From Eledone cirrhosa (lineage: Eukaryota), in contig CAXHJY010001410.1 of the NCBI GenBank assembly GCA_964016885.1, positions 1 to 64,000 of the forward strand: a stretch of DNA of 64,000 nucleotides, given 5' to 3'. The position numbers and the translations under genes were made by a program. This document shows positions 1 to 39,358 of the stretch, in pieces. How positions within the stretch are numbered: the first letter of the stretch is position 1; every line of letters begins with the position of its first letter. The notes beneath the pieces were generated by a model. That model was not told where the DNA came from. It did no database searches and saw only the letters and a list, made by a program, of their open reading frames with translations.

Positions 1-224
1 TCTACAAGATTTTGATATCTATTTTAAGAACAATACATCAACATCAGTATTAGTGACCATTTACGGCTGGTTTGAACAAATAGTGGTGAGAGAATTCTGG
101 TCGGATACGGCTGGTTTAAATGCTAAAGCGTTAATGGCCGGCTTTGCCATATTCAAATAACTAGCAATAGTTTATTGTTCTTTTTGGCTGAATACAATAA
201 ATGTAATCTGAGTTTTTTTAATAT

Positions 225-420
225 TAATAATTGTTTCTACTTTAGGCACATGGCCAGCAATTACGCAGTGCATTACTGGTACTTTATTTTTTATCGACCC
301 TGTAAGGATGTAGGCAAAGTCAACCTCGGCGGCATTTGAACTCAGATCGTAAAGGGACGTAACTATGCTGGAAAGCATGGCGTCCGACCCTCTACCGATA
401 CTGCCAATCCACCGCCCCTT
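225..420 (-). mobile_element. tRNA-derived SINE family B; other copies at ~9572-9762(-), 21718-21890(-), 26688-26808(-), 30078-30255(-), 42733-42910(+), 45155-45340(-)
   Basis: GAGTTCAAAT B box, CTTTGCCTTTCATCC..GGGGTCGATAAAATAAAGTACCAG core, AGTAGAAACAATT end; flanking TAATATTAATAAT duplication here. Confidence 0.85.
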
Positions 421-533
421 TTCTAATATTAATAATGATATTTGATTCGTTTGCAATTATGCAAACAGCCTCTTTAAGCCATGTCAGTAGAATGAACACT
501 TCATTCTTGCTCTTATGTTGCCATGTAAACAGA

Positions 534-579
534 ACTGCAGACACTAATGTTTCTGGGTCTCACCCTTCATCAGTATAGT
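534..579 (-). ncRNA. Degenerate minimal type I hammerhead ribozyme motif
   Basis: actata-CTGATGA-a GGG tgaga CCC a-GAAA-cattagtg-TC-tgcagt; stem I imperfect. Confidence 0.55.
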
Positions 580-1094
580 ATACTGCTTACCTGCCAACTG
601 TCAGAGCTAGTGAAAATATATATTTTCTGAAATACACAGTGACTGATCGGCCTGATTTGCATATTAGCAGACTGGCTGATCAGTCAGATCTGCATATTAG
701 TAGATCCACTGATCAGCCAGATTTGCATATCAGCAGACGGGGCAGTCAATTTCCTGTATATGAGCGATAAATGGCCGGCTTTGCCACATTCAAATAATTA
801 AAAAATAAATGAAATTTATTGCTCTACATAGCTGAATACAATAAATGTAATCTGAGATTTTTAAGCCTTAATAATAATATTCGATTAGTTTGCAATTATG
901 CAAACAGCCTCTTTAAACCATTTCAGTAGAACGACCCCATCATTCTTGCTTAAAAAGAGGCTGTTTGCATAATTGCAAACGAATCGAACATTATTAATAT
1001 TAAAAAAACTCAGACTACATTTATTGTATTCAGCCATGTTGAGCTGTTGAGCGATAAACTATTTGTTATATACACCAGCAGTAATATAAACTTA

Positions 1095-28819
<27,725 letters not shown>

Positions 28820-28969
28820 GCTTGGTGCGACACACAGTCATAGACTGAATGAGTTAATTGAACAAGTGCCCGTGTAGCGGTGTGAGGCAGGGAACCTATT
28901 GTGGTAGCAGACCACACTGATAGAGGAAGGGAGGGAGGAGATGAAACTGTGTGTGTGAGTATGCAAACG

Positions 28970-28971
28970 AT

Positions 28972-29014
<43 letters not shown>

Positions 29015-29272
29015 CACATATATATGTTAATATGTATATATATATATACACACATACACATGTAAATATATACACACACATACATACACATATATATATA
29101 TTTGTTTATATATATATAAACGTATGTATGTGAGTGTGTATATGTTTTTATATATATATATATATAAGCATATACATATATATATATGTGTGTATATATA
29201 TATATATACACACATATATAAATATATACACTCACACACACACACATATATGTGTGTGTGTATATATATATA

Positions 29273-29320
<48 letters not shown>
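28970..29320. repeat. (TA)n/(CA)n/(TG)n compound microsatellite
   Basis: Direct inspection. Confidence 0.9.
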
Positions 29321-29322
<2 letters not shown>

Positions 29323-29458
29323 AAGTTTAACAAGGTTCATTGATTAATCATTGAATAAAGTTTCACAATAGATTAGAAGCACTCAACAGTTAGGTTTTCT
29401 GGAGTTATTAATATTACTTCAAAATATTAATAAATATAGACATTCATGTGATCAAATA

Positions 29459-29523
29459 TATTTTATTATACATATTTCAGAGGTACTGAGCTATTTCATC
29501 ATACGTCCTCATCAGATAAAATA
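29459..29523 (-). ncRNA. Minimal type I hammerhead ribozyme motif
   Basis: tattttat-CTGATGA-ggacgta...gtacctct-GAAA-tatgta-TA-ataaaata; 8-bp stem I. Confidence 0.75.
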
Positions 29524-29599
29524 AATTGATGTCTGACATACCTCAATTTATTTTATCTGATGAGGACGTACTGATGAAATAGCTCAGTACTTCTGAAAT

Positions 29600-29983
29600 C
29601 ATCATCATCATCATTTCATTTTACGTCCACTTTTTCCCTGCTTTCAAGGGTGGGACGGGAACTGATTCTGGCTTGATTTCTACAGCTGGATGCCCTTCCT
29701 AACACCAACCTCATTTACAGTGAGTGCTGGGTGCTTTTTTGCCGTGGCACCTCCACGACCACTTTGCAGTGGAATGATAGGGACCCCAGTCCCTATCATC
29801 TCATTTCTACAGCTGAGTAAACTGGAGCAATGTGAAATAAAGTGTCTTGCTCAAGGAAACTACACATCACCCGGTGAGAATTGAACTCACAACCTTTCGA
29901 TTGCAAGGCCAATGCTCTAACCACTAAGCCATGTGCCTCCATTGCAAGGCCAATGCTCTAACCACTAAGCCATGTGCCTCCAT
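29600..29983 (-). mobile_element. SINE family A with a duplicated 5' head (~41 bp)
   Basis: Same consensus; ATTGCAAGGCC...GTGCCTCC occurs twice. Confidence 0.88.
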
Positions 29984-30345
29984 TTATATGTATAATAAAA
30001 TATATTTGATCACATGAATGTCAATATTTATTAATATTTTGAAGTAATATATATATATATATATACTGTATATATCAATAATTGTTTCTACTTTAGGCAC
30101 AAGGCCAGAAATTACCCAGTGCATTACTGGTACTTTATTTTATCGACTCCGTATGGATGAAAGGCAAAGTTAACCTCGACGGGATTTGAAAAGGGACATA
30201 ACTATGCTTGAAAGCATGGCGTCCGACCCTCTACCGATACTGCCAGTCCAATCATTAATGGTAACACCTTTTTCCATTCAGAGGGTTTTTTGTAAAATCT
30301 CAACTTACCGACTAATTCTAACACACACCCACACACTTGGGCTTT

Positions 30346-30678
30346 CTTTGACTGTGGCCATGCTGGGGCACTACCTTCTTTTGCCAGTTTCATTAATTAG
30401 ACCATGGCCATGCTAAAGCATTACTTTATTCTTTTTCCTGGTTTCACTCATTTGACTGTGACCATGCTTGGGCACTACCTTCTTTTACTGGTTTCACTCA
30501 TTTGACTGTGGCCATGCTGGGGCACTACCTTCTTTTACTGGTTTCACTCATTTGACTGTGGCTATGCTGGGGCACTTACCTTCTTTTACTGGTTTCACTC
30601 ATTAGACTGTGGCCATGCTGGGGCACTACCTTCTTTTACTGGTTTCACTCATTTGACTATGGCCATGCTGTGGCACTG
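30346..30678. repeat. 50-bp tandem repeat (~6 units)
   Basis: TTTGACTGTGGCCATGCTGGGGCACTACCTTCTTTTACTGGTTTCACTCA repeated. Confidence 0.92.
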
Positions 30679-30899
30679 CTATATTTTATATATTTGTTTT
30701 TAATACTGGTTGCCCTCATTAGATTGTGACCATCTGGACAACCCTTCACTCTGACGTTTAGTTGTTTTGGAAGTGCAACATTCTTCCTCCTGACTTTGGG
30801 TTTCAAATTAAAACTTGGCACACACCAGATGATGGTCAGTCCAACATTCCACACCTCGTAATACACAAACCAATGTGATATCCCTGACATCACGTTTCC

Positions 30900-31800
30900 T
30901 TGTTAAAACAAAGTCAATAAGGTGCCACTTTTTTTAACCTGGATGCATCCAAGTTGTCTTATATTTGTCTTTCTGCTGAAAGAGCGTGTTCCCAACAACA
31001 AGATCCATCTCAGCGCACATCTGCAACAGAAGTAGGCCATTGTTATTGCACTTACCTACTCCATGTTTGCCTATCACACTCCAAGCTTCCCAGTCATTAC
31101 TCACACGTAACACGTGCATTAAAATCACCAAGGTTGACAATCTTGTCTGCATAAGGTATACCATGGATGACTTCTTTCAAAGACATGTAGAAAGCTAGTT
31201 TTTCATCATCACTGGCACACATAGTGGGAGCGTACACACTGCCCAGAGTCACAAAGCAGTTTTGAATCAGAGGGACTCTCATGGACATTATCTAATCATT
31301 GAGGGCGGTGAATTGGCAGTATCAGTCGAGGGTTGGACGCCATGCTTTCTAGCATAGTTACGTCCCTTTACGGTTTGAGTTCAAATCCCGTCGAGGTTAA
31401 CTTTGCCTTTCATCCTTACGGGGTCGATAAAATAAAGTACCAGTAGTGTACTGGGTAATTGCTGGCCTTGTGCCAAAAGTAGAAACAATTATCTAATCAT
31501 TGAATCCCCAAGGAAGATTTTCCAGCTTTGAGACGATTCCATTCCTGACAGCAAATATGACCCCTGCCTCTCTCCTACAACCCTCTGCTCCACCACTCCA
31601 ATAGAAGGTATATCCTCCCTTCTGTCCTGTGAATTGACCCTCACCAGCTAATCTCAATTCTGAAAGAGCAATGATGTCCATGCTATAGCGATCGAGTTCC
31701 CTCGACACCAAAGCAGATCTTCTTTCAGGCAGTTTCACTGGACTGGGAATCAAGTCAACTTCTTACATTCCAGCATCCAATATTCAGAGGTTTGAACCTC
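30900..31800 (-). mobile_element. Decayed RTE-clade LINE, APE endonuclease region
   Basis: ERRSALVSRELDRYSMDIIALSELR, YTFYWSG, SVYAPT, LGDFNARV, NGLLLL, NTLF..KTTWMHP, with frameshifts and stops. Confidence 0.88.
31303..31490 (+). mobile_element. SINE family B inserted in a LINE endonuclease domain, 16-bp target-site duplication
   Basis: ATTATCTAATCATTGA at 31287-31302 and 31488-31503. Confidence 0.92.
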
Positions 31801-32503
31801 TTTGCAGTTGTAAGATGATGACCAGGCCTACGCTGCGGTGCCATGGGACACCTGCCGGGCCAGACCCCTTCACAATAAGTTCCAGAGCCCTTACTGCCAT
31901 TGACTTCAAGACCATCATTTGTCATTTTAGAGTTTGGTGCACTTTTAGGTTATGGCCAGCCACACGGACCTTAACATATTCTGAACAAGCAATGCCTGAG
32001 TTTTGAAGGTTTTTTTAAGTGGGGCAGGCCTTGCACTCGACCAATCCCACTCTCTGAGCATTGAAAACACTACCCGAAAAGGAGGATGCTTTTAAGAGTT
32101 TCCCTCTCTTAGAAAGGCATTGTGACAACAACAGGGGGCCTTTCACTCCCAGGTGGGAGAGAAAATACTATTTGGATGGCTGTTGACTCTGCTGAGTTCC
32201 TCCGAGTCTTCTTGTATTTTATTCCACAGCGTGTCCAAATATGACCCACCTCACCAAACATGCTTGGTGGGGGTTGGACAATATACATATATATGCATGC
32301 ATGCATACACACATATATGTACAGAACTGTTATGGTGGCGGTGTTGGTGGTAGTACTAGTGGGGGGGGGGGGTGTTTGTGGTGGAGTGGTCGTGGTGGTG
32401 GTAGTTGTGGTGGCAGTGTTGAGGATAGTTGTGGTGGTGGGGGAGTCTGACAGATCTGTTTCAAGTGACCAAGAACAACCAAAATAAGTTCTGAAGTTTC
32501 AGT

Positions 32504-32840
32504 ATCATCATCATCATCATCATTTTACGTCCGCTTTTCCCTGCTTGCAAGGGTCAGACAGGAACTGATTCTGGCTTGATTTCTACAGCTGGATGCCCTT
32601 CCTAACACCAACCTCATTTACAGTGAGTGCTGGGTGCTTTTTTGCCGTGGCACCTCCACGACCACTTTGCAGTGGAATGATAGGGACCCCAGTCCCTATC
32701 ATCTCATTTCTACAGCTGAGTAAACTGGAGCAATGTGAAATAAAGTGTCTTGCTCAAGGAAACAACACATCACCCGGTCCGAGAATTGAACTCACAACCT
32801 TTTGATTGCAAGGCCAATGCTCTAACCACTAAGCCATGTG
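32504..32840 (-). mobile_element. SINE family A
   Basis: Same consensus with (CAT)n tail on the plus strand. Confidence 0.88.
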
Positions 32841-33049
32841 ACAAAAGACAAGGGATACAGTGACACAGCATGGCCACATCCCAATGAACCAACCCAGTGT
32901 AAAAGAAAACAAAAACAGAAAAAAAATCCACAAATATACGATCGCAAATACAAGCAGCCGAAATGAGGTTCCTCCAAAAAGTCTTTGGAATAATGTTATT
33001 TGATAGAGTGTGTAGCTCAGAGAGTTGCTCCTGGTAGAACCGCTACTCC

Positions 33050-34060
33050 GAATTGAGAGATCACAGCTCTGATACTACAGACATGTGGTTAGAATGTCTC
33101 AGGAAAGAATCCCTGAATTGAAGGATCACAGCTCTGATATTACAGACATGTGGTTAGAATGTCTGAGGAAAGAATCTCTGAATTGAGAGATCACAGCTCT
33201 GATACTACAGACATGTGGTTAGAATGTCTGAGGAAAGAATCTCTGAATTGAGAGATCACAGCTCTGATACTACAGACATGTGATTAGAATGTCTCAGGAA
33301 AGAATCCCTGAATTGAGAGATCACAGCTCCGATAATACAGACATGTGATTAGAATGTCTCAGGAAAGAATCCCTGAATTGAGAGATCACAGCTCTGATAC
33401 TACAGACATGTGGTTAGAATGTCTCAGGAAAGAATCCCTGAATTGAGAGATCACAGCTCCGATAATACAGACATGTGGTTAGAATGTCTCAGGAAAGAAT
33501 TTCCGAATTGAGAGATCACAGCTCTGATACTACAGACATGTGGTTAGAATGTCTCAGGAAAGAATCCCTGAATTGAGAGATCACAGCTCTGATACTACAG
33601 ACATGTGGTTAGAATGTCTGAGGAAAGAATCTCTGAATTGAGAGATCACAGCTCCGATACTACAGACATGTGGTTAGAATGTCTGAGGAAAGAATCTCTG
33701 AATTGAGAGATCACAGCTCCGATAATACAGACATGTGGTTAGAATGTCTCAGGAAAGAATTTCCGAATTGAGAGATCACAGCTCTGATACTACAGACATG
33801 TGGTTAGAATATCTCGGGAAAGAATCTCTGAATTGAGAGATCACAGCTCTGATACTACAGACATGTGGTTAGAATGTCTGAGAAAAGAATCTCTGAATTG
33901 AGAGATCACAGCTCTGATACTACAGACATGTGGTTAGAATGTCTCAGGAAAGAATCTCTGAACAGAGATCACAGCTCTGATACTACAGACATGTGGTTAG
34001 AATGTCTCAGGAAAGAATCTCTGAATTGAGAAATCGCAGCTCTGATTCTATGGTCATGTG
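33050..34060. repeat. 65-bp minisatellite (~15 units) inside an RTE LINE remnant starting near 32935
   Basis: GAATTGAGAGATCACAGCTCTGATACTACAGACATGTGGTTAGAATGTCTCAGGAAAGAATCCCT repeated. Confidence 0.95.
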
Positions 34061-34246
34061 TCGTTCCTCAGAAATATGGTACCTTTGTTAAGTTATGTTC
34101 CAAACTCAAATTTAATAATGAGAAAGTTAGTTATATTACAAAGAGTCAAAGCATTTATATTTATTTAAAAAAACCTCCATCTTAATTTTAAGCAAGAACC
34201 TTTGTTAAGTTATGTTCCAATATAATAACAAAAGGGTAAAAGAAAT

Positions 34247-36342
34247 TTAATCAGATTTTTTCGAAAGCCCACACATATCCATGGAAATATCCCACATTTT
34301 TTGGGACAATGCTTTGTCCTTGGTCAATGGAGAGACCATCTGCGATAGAGCAACATTCTCGAAAAAACATCCACTGATGTTTTCCAAACTGGGGTCAACT
34401 GCCATGTAGATAACAGTGAGGGCCCCGTCGTGTGTTGTGCGACCAATCTTTGTGGATAACCAGCCCATGAAGTGAAGGACCCAACTCCACGGGCTGCCAC
34501 TGGAATACCATATCTCTGAAGAAACATAACCGGGACACAAACTGTTGGCGGTTACGTTATACTCCCGTAATTTCTCAGTGAGGGTCTTAGTGTGCCAAAT
34601 TTGGGCCAGTTTACTAAGAGCGTACCCATACAAATAAGGATATTTAACACAAATACTTGATGGGCTGTTGTTTGATTGACAAGAAAAATCTGGTGCTTTC
34701 TTGACTACCAAATGTCGCATTGAACTCACATTAATTATACGACTTGGTGCGGATTTCTTGAGCAGATCCAACAAGAGATAGGTGAGCAGAAATGGTCCAA
34801 CATAGTTCACACCGAACACACTGTTATAACCTTGCTTTGTTATCTTCTCTGGGTGTACAGCGAGACCTGCATTGTTTATCAACACATCCAGTTTCGGTTC
34901 TGTATTAAGTATCTGCAATAAAAAAAAATATTAACTTTTAACATCCAGGAATGGTTTTAGCAGAAAATATCTAAAAACGTATTCATTAATTCAAATGTTT
35001 ATAGTCTTTACAAGCAGACAGATTGCAGTGGAAATTTGTAGTATTAAATCTGTAGTGATAAGAACTCACCTTGATCACTTACACCTCTCTAAGACAATGT
35101 CACTGGATCGAGATCTGCCATTGCATACAAACCTACAGTCAGTAGGCACCTCTTAACTCAATGTACACCCCACACACCCTACCTACCCTCCCTCTCCCGT
35201 TCAATCCACTGTGTCAGTGACACAACATTCCACACTGTAATGTGGTCATGTAGGAGACACGGTAAAAAGGCTCCCAGTCCACACTGTAATGTGGTCATGT
35301 AGGAGACACAGTAAAAAGGCTCCCAGTCCACACTGTAATGTGGTCATGTAGGAGACACAGTAAAAAGGCTCCCAGTTCACACTGTAAAGTGGTCATGTAG
35401 GAGACACAGTAAAAAGGCTCCCAGTCCACACTGTAAAGTGGTCGTGTAGGTGTCACAACAAAAAGTACCCAGTCCACACTGTAAAGTGGTCATGTAGGTG
35501 TCACAACAAAAAACACCCAGTCCACACTGTAAAGTGGTCATGTAGGTGTCACAACAAAAAGTACCCAGTCCACACTGTAAAGTGGTCATGTAGGTGTCAC
35601 GACAAAAAGCACCCAGTCCTACACTGTAAAGTGGTCATGTAGGTGTCACAACAAAAAGTACCCAGTCCACACTGTAAAGTGGTCATGTAGGTGTCACGAC
35701 AAACAGTACCCAGTCTACACTGTAAAGTGGTCATGTAGGTGTCACGACAAAAAGCACCCAGTCCACACTGTAAAGTGGTCATGTAGGTGTCACAAAAAAA
35801 ACCACCCAGTCCACACTGTAAAGTGGTCATGTAGGTGTCATGACAAACAACACCCAGTCCACACTGTAAAGTGGTCATGTAGGTGTCACAAAAAAAACCA
35901 CCCAGTCCACACTGTAAAGTGGTCATGTAGGTGTCATGACAAACAACACCCAGTCCACACTGTAAAGTGGTCATGTAGGTGTCACAAAAAAACCCACCCA
36001 GTCCACACTGTAAAGTGGTCATGTAGGAGACAGCAAAAAGCACCCAGTCCACTTTGGAAAATACTTTGAAAGGAAGTTGTCCCAGAAATGGGAACACAAA
36101 TGGAATAAAACAAGTTTCATGTAAATTGAAGCACAGGTTCCCGAGATATGGGGTTTTTCCAGGTACCTTCATAAACAGAGAGAGAGAGATAGGGAGGAAG
36201 AGATGGTGGTTGTGAGAGAGTATATTGAAAGAGAGACATAGAGTGAGGGAGAGGAGACAGAGAAGGAGAATGGCAGAGAGAGAGAGAGAGAGAGCTGGTG
36301 GTGTTGTGTCTATATATCTATATATATATATGAGTGAGAGTC

Positions 36343-36399
<57 letters not shown>

Positions 36400-37141
36400 G
36401 TGTGTGTGTGTCTATGACCAGTGTATATAGACCACAGACACCCACATATATATATATACACATACATACATACGTATATATATATGTATACACACACACA
36501 TATTTATATATATATACATACACACATATATATATATATATACGGGCCTTCCAGTTTCATTTCACATTATATATATGTCTGTGTATATTTTAATTATTTA
36601 AAAATTATTTTTAAGTGAACATGATTTTAAAAAAATATTTTGAAGTGAACATGACCCAACGGGTCACAGGTGGTCTAGTTTATATATATATATATATATA
36701 TAAAATATTTAAAAAATAATGAATAAAACAATGAAACAGTTCCTTATATTAAACAAAAAAAGTTCATTATTTAACGATCGTTTCTAGGATATATATGTGT
36801 TAGAATTGGCATGCATATTCAACAGATCTATGTACAAAATTATACAAAATTATACAAACTATCAAAATTAAATATACATACCAACACATATATATGCCGT
36901 CTTCAGAAATAATGATGATGATAGTAATAATGTAAACGATCGTTAAATAATGAACTTTTTTTGTTTAATATAAGGAACTGTTTCATTGTTTTATTCATTA
37001 TTTTTTTAATATTTTATCTTGACTCTGTATTCCGTTTATCTTTCACCGAAAGTGATTTTTCATTGCATCTCTTCTTTCCATGATATACATTGAGTTCTTC
37101 ATACGGATTGGACACTACCGTAAACTCTTGGTAGATTTATC

Positions 37142-37191
<50 letters not shown>

Positions 37192-38223
37192 GTATTTCCG
37201 TAGGAAAGGTAAAGGAAAAGAGATTGCTCTATGTAGGCTACAGAGCTTTTATTACTATCATCATCATCATCATCATTTTACGTCCGCTTTTCCCTGCTTG
37301 TAACGGTGGGACGGGTCTTATTCAGCACAGCATCTCTCCACTTGTCACGGTCCTTCGTCATCTCCACCGTGAGCTTCAATGATCTGAGGTCTGTTCTCAC
37401 CACCTCCGCCCATGTTTTTCGTGGTCTACCTCTACCACGTCTTGCTTCAACTGGCATTTCCTGGCACTTCTTCACCCATCAGTCATCCTCCATGCGCATC
37501 ACATATCCATACCACCTCAGTCTCCTGTCCCGTACACTACATTCTATCCCTCTCAGACACAGTTTCTCTCTCAACACATCACATGTCCATACCACCTCAG
37601 TCTCCTGTCCCGTACACTACATTCTATCCCTCTCAGACACAGTTTCTCTCTCAACACATCACATATCCATACCACCTCATCTCCTGTCCCGTACACTACA
37701 TTCTATCCCTCTCAGACACAGTTTCTCTCTCAACACATTTATGCTGGGTCGTTCACGCACATTTACACTGCACATCCAACGGAGCATGCTTGCCTCATTT
37801 CTCTGCAGCCGTCGCATATCCTCTGCAGTTGCTGCCCATGTCTCACTACCATGCAGCATCGCGTTCCTCACACAGGCATCATACTACTGGCCTTTCGTAC
37901 GCAGGGAGAAACCCTTCTTCGTCAACAGAGGAAGCAGCTCCCTAAACTTCTTCCAACCCGTCCTTCTTCTAGATACTATGGCCTCGGAACACCCCCTCCC
38001 ATGCTAATCTGATCTCCTAGGTACCGGAGGCTATCCACAAATTCTATAGCGCCCTCCTGCATTTGAAAAATGTGTCTATCAATGCGACTTCTACTGTCTT
38101 ATTTCCCTGTACATCTACTGCATACATATTTCTCCCTACCTGTTAGTTTGCCTGCTATCCCGCTCCATCTCTTGTGTACCCAGGATCTGCATTTTATAGA
38201 ATTTATGCCTATATTTATTACTA

Positions 38224-38276
<53 letters not shown>

Positions 38277-38548
38277 CTATTATTACTATATATATATATA
38301 TATTTAGTTATGTAATAAACATAAGATAATTAAGTCCTAATAAGATAATTATTTCATTTACCAGTGGTTTCTTGAAGGCAGGTATTTATATCTGCCTTCA
38401 GTCGTCAGAATGAAGAGAGATATAAATATCTGCCTTCAAGAAATCACTGGTAAATGAAATAATTATCTTATTTTGTTTATTACATAACTAAATATACATA
38501 TATATATATATATATAGTAATAATAATAAAATTGAAGACTAAAATCCA

Positions 38549-38584
<36 letters not shown>

Positions 38585-38962
38585 AAGATGAAATAAAAGA
38601 TGGTATAAGAGTTCCATATATTTTATTATACGTATTTCGAATACAAAATCATCCTGGGACAGATATTGTGTTCTCTTCAGATAAAATAAGGTATAATATG
38701 AGGCATAATAGCACTTGTTTATAGGAAAGTGCTAAGTCTACATAAAATATATATATATTTATCTGACGAGGACGTACTGAAAAAACAGCACAGTACCTCC
38801 GAAATATATATAATAAAACATATATTTTGATTATGTGAACGTCTACATTTATTAATATTTTGAATAATATTAATAACTCCAGAAAACTTCTTTGTAGAGT
38901 GCTTTTAATCTATTGTTAAACTATATTCATTGAGTAATCAATGAACCATATTAATCTTTGGT

Positions 38963-38997
<35 letters not shown>

Positions 38998-39358
38998 ATT
39001 ACAATACAAAACTTACCTGCTTAGCACACTGTCGTACACTGTCCAGGTCAATTAGATCTAACTGAACAATGCTGACCATTTTGGGATCCACACCTGTAGC
39101 GACGAGGATTTCATCAGCTGCACCCCTCGCTTTAGTCAGGTTCCTACAGGCCATTATCACCCTGGACCCGCGAGACAGAAGGTTCTCGGCCGTTACCTTT
39201 CCGATTCCCGACGATGCTCCTGTGATTAAAACAGTCTTACCGTCCATTCTAGCTTGGCCGTCGTATTTCAGAGGTTTACAATGTAAGGACCAGAATTTCC
39301 GTGCAAAGGAAAAACCGATGGCTGCCATGAGCGACAGACCTAAACACAGCAAGAGCAT
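34247..39358 (-). CDS. Retinol dehydrogenase 11/12/13/14-like classical short-chain dehydrogenase/reductase, 335 aa; exons 39358-39017 and 34912-34247
   Basis: Hydrophobic N-terminal anchor, VLITGASSGIG (TGxxxGxG), VIMACRN, LDL, LINNAG, FGVNYVGPFLLT, RIINVSS, YALSK (YxxxK), PG motif; phase-0 GTAAGT...CAG intron; TAA stop. Confidence 0.95.
35229..36055. repeat. 47-49-bp minisatellite (~17 units)
   Basis: Same family, reverse orientation. Confidence 0.95.
36700..37015. mobile_element. Fold-back element with hammerhead
   Basis: ~75-bp terminal inverted arms; hammerhead spans the left arm and loop. Confidence 0.75.
36765..36914 (-). ncRNA. Type I hammerhead ribozyme motif with long stem II
   Basis: cattattt-CTGAAGA-cggc atatatatgtgtt...aacacatatatat ccta-GAAA-cgatcg-TT-aaataatg; 8-bp stem I, palindromic stem III. 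Confidence 0.72.
37258..38215 (-). mobile_element. RTE-clade LINE 3' fragment with an internal 3x80-bp tandem (37499-37737)
   Basis: MLHGSETWA..LQRNEASMLRWMC, RLRWYG, RGRGRPRKTW; (TGA)n tail. Shorter relatives at ~21345-21640, 40975-41133 and 44960-45140. Confidence 0.88.
38298..38500. mobile_element. Fold-back element with hammerhead, in (TA)n
   Basis: Inverted arms of ~80 bp; left arm has the full core and right arm only the stem II 3' side and GAAA. Confidence 0.75.
38353..38414 (-). ncRNA. Minimal type I hammerhead ribozyme motif
   Basis: ttcatt-CTGACGA-c tgaaggcag...ctgccttca a-GAAA-ccactgg-TA-aatgaa; 9-bp stem II, 6-bp stem I. Confidence 0.78.
38619..38688 (-). ncRNA. Minimal type I hammerhead ribozyme motif
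   Basis: tattttat-CTGAAGA-gaacacaatatc...gattttgtattc-GAAA-tacgta-TA-ataaaata; G-C closing pair of stem II, perfect palindromic stem III. Confidence 0.83.
38758..38817 (+). ncRNA. Minimal type I hammerhead ribozyme motif
   Basis: tttat-CTGACGA-gga c gtactg...cagtac c tcc-GAAA-tatata-TA-ataaa; same family as 29459-29523. Confidence 0.8.

Larger units (their letters stand above)
134..1062. mobile_element. Penelope-like/fold-back element remnants: two direct copies (~134-515, ~770-950) and an inverted arm (~951-1062)
   Basis: Shared GCTGAATACAATAAATGTAATCTGAG and TTTGCAATTATGCAAACAGCCTCTTT blocks and their reverse complement; adjacent hammerhead motif. Confidence 0.55.
29321..30050. mobile_element. 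Head-to-head fold-back element with a hammerhead core in each arm; right arm interrupted by a SINE
   Basis: 29410-29528 mirrors 29544-29599 plus 29985-30050; flanked by (TA)n. Confidence 0.75.
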
